Shown here one piece after another: positions 5,281-8,353 of a stretch of DNA of 8,353 nt. The stretch lies in the NCBI GenBank assembly GCA_030614005.1, contig JAUWKS010000100.1, forward strand, positions 1 to 8,353, given 5' to 3'. Made by a program: the position numbers and the translations under genes. Each line of letters opens with the position of its first letter. Position 1 is the first letter of the stretch. Under the pieces are notes generated by a model. It was not told where the DNA came from and did not search any database. It worked only from the letters and a program-made list of their open reading frames with translations. Source of the stretch: Candidatus Heimdallarchaeota archaeon (GTDB lineage Archaea > Asgardarchaeota > Heimdallarchaeia > JABLTI01).

Positions 5281-6138
5281 TTATTCTTCTAATTCTTTTC
5301 CAATACTTATAATCCTTTCAATTATTCGAACTGACTCGAGTGTTTCTTTAACGTCATGCGTTCTGATAATATTTGCTCCATGAAGCACAGCTATACTTGT
5401 TGCTCCTAGTGAACCGAACAGTCTTTCCTTTGGATCTTTAATATCCAAAATGTGACCTATAAACGATTTTCTTGATAAGCCGATACAAATTGGTTGATTA
5501 AACGCTTTGATCATTTGTTGAATATTCATCAATAAATGAGCATCTATTTTATACCATTTAAAATCATCAATGCGATGAAATCCAATGTCTGGATCTATTA
5601 TTATCTTGTTTGGATTGATTCCTGCTTCTTTTGCTTTTATTAGCGAATCTTTTAATGCTTCAATTACTCTTTCTGTTGGATTTCCTTTGAATCTATTTAT
5701 GTTCCACGCACCGATTATTACTGGTATATCTAAATCAGCAATGATCTTCGTCATTTTTTTGTCTTCATTGAATCCACTTATGTCATTGATCATTCTCGCA
5801 CCTGCTTCTATCGCTGCTTTAGCGACCATACTACTGGTAGTATCTATAGAGATGGGTTTCTTGATTTCGTTAATTATAATGTTGATTCCTTTCAAAGCTC
5901 TACTAGTTTCTTCTTCTGGTGAAATTTGGGTTTCTAAATATGGTGCTGTGCTTTTAGCCCCGACATCGATTATTTCTGCTCCAGCTTTAACTTGTTGTAA
6001 GGCTGTGTGAAGTATTTTTCCGGCGCCTGTTTTTATTGAGCTTTCGTAAAAAGACTCTGGACTCAAATTGATTACTCCTTGAATCCGTACTGGTTCTTTC
6101 GCACCGATTTTTATTCCAGCTAGATTTACAATATTCAT
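5281..6138 (-). CDS. folP: dihydropteroate synthase (pterin-binding TIM barrel), archaeal type
   Basis: Conserved DHPS motifs GVINLSPESF, GAEIIDVGAKSTAP, ISIDT, INDISG, IIIDPDIGF, IGLSRKSFIG and GANIIRTHDV. Start is placed at ATG 6138 (GGTG Shine-Dalgarno 7 nt upstream) rather than 6183. Confidence 0.93.
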   Translation of the reverse strand: MNIVNLAGIKIGAKEPVRIQGVINLSPESFYESSIKTGAGKILHTALQQVKAGAEIIDVGAKSTAPYLETQISPEEETSRALKGINIIINEIKKPISIDTTSSMVAKAAIEAGARMINDISGFNEDKKMTKIIADLDIPVIIGAWNINRFKGNPTERVIEALKDSLIKAKEAGINPNKIIIDPDIGFHRIDDFKWYKIDAHLLMNIQQMIKAFNQPICIGLSRKSFIGHILDIKDPKERLFGSLGATSIAVLHGANIIRTHDVKETLESVRIIERIISIGKELEE

Positions 6139-6180
6139 AATAATGCACCATTCCTTTATTAGAAGCAAGATGCAATTATT

Positions 6181-6198
6181 CAAAAGAGTTTTAAAAAC
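6181..6198. promoter_or_regulatory. palindromic TATA element in the folP / GH3 divergent promoter
   Basis: CAAAAGAG-TTTTAAAA (TATA 6189-6196) lies 32 nt before the GH3 start. The TTTTAAAA core reads identically on the - strand towards folP. Confidence 0.45.
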
Positions 6199-6227
6199 TA
6201 TTTGCTATATTACTCGACAAAAAAAAT

Positions 6228-8279
6228 TTGGTGACGAAATTGAGAACACGCTTTGAGAGACTAAAAGACAAGTATCCGTATTATAATGATACCTTTGATT
6301 TTGAAGAACGAATAAATTTGGTAATGAAGAAATTGAAATTATTTGATAAATTCCGGTTACTCTCTGGAAGGCGTTTTTCTTTTTGGTTGACTAAACCTAT
6401 TCGGCGACTAAAAATTCCCTCTTTAGGGATGACTGATGGTCCTAATGGCGTAGCGTTTCATTCGAGTTTTAAAAAGAACACTAAATTTCCTAATAGCAAG
6501 TGTTTGTCTTCTACGTGGAATCGGGAACTTGCAAAAGAATATGGCATTGCAGTAGCAAAAGAAGTTAGAGCTTCAAAACGACATATATTATTAGCTCCTG
6601 GAATCAATATAGATCGTACTCCTATGAATGGTCGAACCTTTGAATATTTTAGTGAAGACCCTTATTTGACTCGCGAAATTGGAAGCCCTTTTGTTGAAGG
6701 ATTACAAAGTCAAAGAATAGGTGCTTGCTTGAAGCATTATGCTGCGAATAATCAAGAAACAAACCGATTTAAAATAAACTCACAAGTAGATGAAAGAGTC
6801 CTGCATGAAATCTATTTGCGAGCATTTAGAGATATTGTTCTGCGTTCTAATCCTTGGGTTATTATGGGAAGTTACAATAAAATAAATGGTGTTAGTGGCT
6901 GTTCAAATAAGGAATTACTCCGTGATACACTCATGAGTAAATGGGGTTTTAATGGATACGTTGTGACAGATTGGTTTGCAACTAGAGGCATTACTCAACC
7001 AGAGAATTGTATTAAAGCTGGCTTATCCTTAGAAATGCCAAAGTCTATCGTGTATAAAATGAATCAACTTCGAAAAGCTTACAAACAAGGCAAATTTACG
7101 ATAGAGGAATTAGATGATGTTGTTCGTAGGCTTTTACGCGTTTTGTTCTATGTCGGACTTTTTGATAATCCCGAATCTATTCCTCCCGGTGAGCGAAATA
7201 CCCCTGAAATTCAAAGTGTAGCAAAGAGAATTGCAGAAGAGGGTATTATCTTATTGAAAAACGAAAAAGAAATGTTACCACTTGATATAGGCGAAGTCAA
7301 AACTATTGCTGTCCTTGGCCCAAACAAGAATAAGAAATTTGGTAAATTGCTTTATGGTGGTAGTGCTGCAGTTGTTCCTCCATTTGAAATAACACCTGAA
7401 GAAGGATTGATGAAAAAACTTGAGGGTAAAGTGGAGTTCACAGAGGATAGGATGATTGCAGATTATTGTATAGTTTTCGCAGGATTAGATCATAGTAGAG
7501 GGAAGGATTGTGAAAGTCTTGATAGAGATAATTTTGAGCTGCCTGAAGATCAGATTCAGCTGATAAAAGAAACCGTGAATATTAATCCAAATACAATTGT
7601 TGTTTTACTTAATGGCAGCCCTGTGCCAATGATCCAATGGATTGACAATGTCCCAGTTATTATTGAAGCTTGGTACCCTGGAATGGAGGGGGGTTCAGTC
7701 ATTGCAGATGTGCTATTTGGTGATATAAATCCCTCTGGTAAATTGCCAATAACCTTTCCCAAAGAATTGAATGATTCACCTGCTCATAAATCAGAAAAAA
7801 CTTTTCCTGGTGATGGTGAAAATGTCCTCTATGAAGAAGGCTTATTTGTAGGCTATCGTCATTTTGATCAACAACAAATAGAACCGCAATTTTCATTTGG
7901 TTATGGTCTATCCTATACAACTTTTGAATATAGCAACTTGAAATTAGTCAAGAATTTAATTTCAAAAGGTAGACCTGTAACAATATCAGTTGATTTAACA
8001 AATACTGGTGAAAGAGCTGGTTCAGAAATAGTTCAACTTTATATCAGCGCGAATGAATCCCCGATTGTTCGACCACCTAAGGAATTAAAGAATTTCGCTA
8101 AGGTTCATCTGGAACCAGGTGAAACGAAAACTGTTGATTTAAGAGTTAGTATAAGTGATCTTATTTATTATGATAGTAGAATTCACACCTGGACCTATGG
8201 TTTGGGCACATATACTGTTCGAATTGGTAGCTCTTCTCAAGAAATTAAATTTGAGACCTTAGTTGCTTGCAAACCTTAG
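6228..8279 (+). CDS. bglX: glycoside hydrolase family 3 beta-glucosidase (BglX-like; GH3 N, GH3 C and Fn3-like domains), no signal peptide
   Basis: Motifs MTDGPNG, LLAPGINIDRTPMNGRTFEYFSEDP, CLKHYAANNQE, MGSYN, VVTDW (catalytic nucleophile Asp), AGLSLEMP, DCESLDR (acid/base Glu region), AWYPGMEGG, NPSGKLPITFP, FGYGLSYTTF and C-terminal Fn3-like GSEIVQLY...PPKELKNF. Start is TTG 6228 or the adjacent GTG 6231. The symbol is a family-level assignment. Confidence 0.95.
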   Translation: MVTKLRTRFERLKDKYPYYNDTFDFEERINLVMKKLKLFDKFRLLSGRRFSFWLTKPIRRLKIPSLGMTDGPNGVAFHSSFKKNTKFPNSKCLSSTWNRELAKEYGIAVAKEVRASKRHILLAPGINIDRTPMNGRTFEYFSEDPYLTREIGSPFVEGLQSQRIGACLKHYAANNQETNRFKINSQVDERVLHEIYLRAFRDIVLRSNPWVIMGSYNKINGVSGCSNKELLRDTLMSKWGFNGYVVTDWFATRGITQPENCIKAGLSLEMPKSIVYKMNQLRKAYKQGKFTIEELDDVVRRLLRVLFYVGLFDNPESIPPGERNTPEIQSVAKRIAEEGIILLKNEKEMLPLDIGEVKTIAVLGPNKNKKFGKLLYGGSAAVVPPFEITPEEGLMKKLEGKVEFTEDRMIADYCIVFAGLDHSRGKDCESLDRDNFELPEDQIQLIKETVNINPNTIVVLLNGSPVPMIQWIDNVPVIIEAWYPGMEGGSVIADVLFGDINPSGKLPITFPKELNDSPAHKSEKTFPGDGENVLYEEGLFVGYRHFDQQQIEPQFSFGYGLSYTTFEYSNLKLVKNLISKGRPVTISVDLTNTGERAGSEIVQLYISANESPIVRPPKELKNFAKVHLEPGETKTVDLRVSISDLIYYDSRIHTWTYGLGTYTVRIGSSSQEIKFETLVACKP

Positions 8280-8319
8280 AAAGTTCAATAAAATTGGGAA
8301 TTGCTGTCTAGTAATAAAT

Positions 8320-8351
8320 CTTATAAAACGGTAGTTGTCATTTTCAACTAC
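8320..8351 (+). promoter_or_regulatory. TATA box with downstream palindromic operator for a gene beyond the window
   Basis: CTTATAAAA (8320-8328) is followed by the perfect inverted repeat GTAGTTG-N7-CAACTAC (8331-8351). Confidence 0.45.
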
Positions 8352-8353
8352 AA

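Noticed and set aside
5585-6175. ORFs 5585..6010 (+) and 5987..6175 (-)
   Set aside because: Antisense and alternate-frame overlaps of folP. The hydrophobic appearance of the first is typical of reverse-frame translation of AT-rich genes.
7556-7920. ORFs 7556..7762 and 7699..7920 (-)
   Set aside because: Antisense shadows within the GH3 gene.
1-8353. CRISPR array or long tandem repeats
   Set aside because: No regularly spaced direct repeats were seen. Only short palindromes, homopolymer runs and one degenerate intragenic 33-bp duplication are present.

Overview
AT-rich (roughly 30% GC by eye) archaeal-looking chromosomal window. The archaeal assignment rests on TATA/BRE-type promoters, GAGGTG/GGTG Shine-Dalgarno sites, a tRNA-Thr with a U73 discriminator and an archaeal-type DHPS. 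An Asgard-like host is plausible but is only inference. Gene content, left to right: a 5'-truncated multi-TM membrane protein ending in a thioredoxin-like domain without CXXC; an Eis-family GNAT acetyltransferase (-); a 76-aa single-pass membrane protein; an intron-less tRNA-Thr(GGU); a zinc-ribbon/2-TM protein (-); a cupin (-); a HEAT-repeat protein; dihydropteroate synthase FolP (-); and a cytoplasmic GH3 beta-glucosidase. No mobile element, CRISPR array or defence system is evident. The most interesting signal is non-coding. The 352-bp gap between the convergent HEAT and folP genes holds a ~150-nt, GC-enriched, multi-stem element (5104-5254) closed by a perfect 10-bp terminal helix. It has its own correctly spaced TATA box, two upstream copies of a TAACA-N6-TGTTA palindrome and a downstream T-tract. 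This looks like a stand-alone, regulated structured ncRNA that I cannot assign to a known family.
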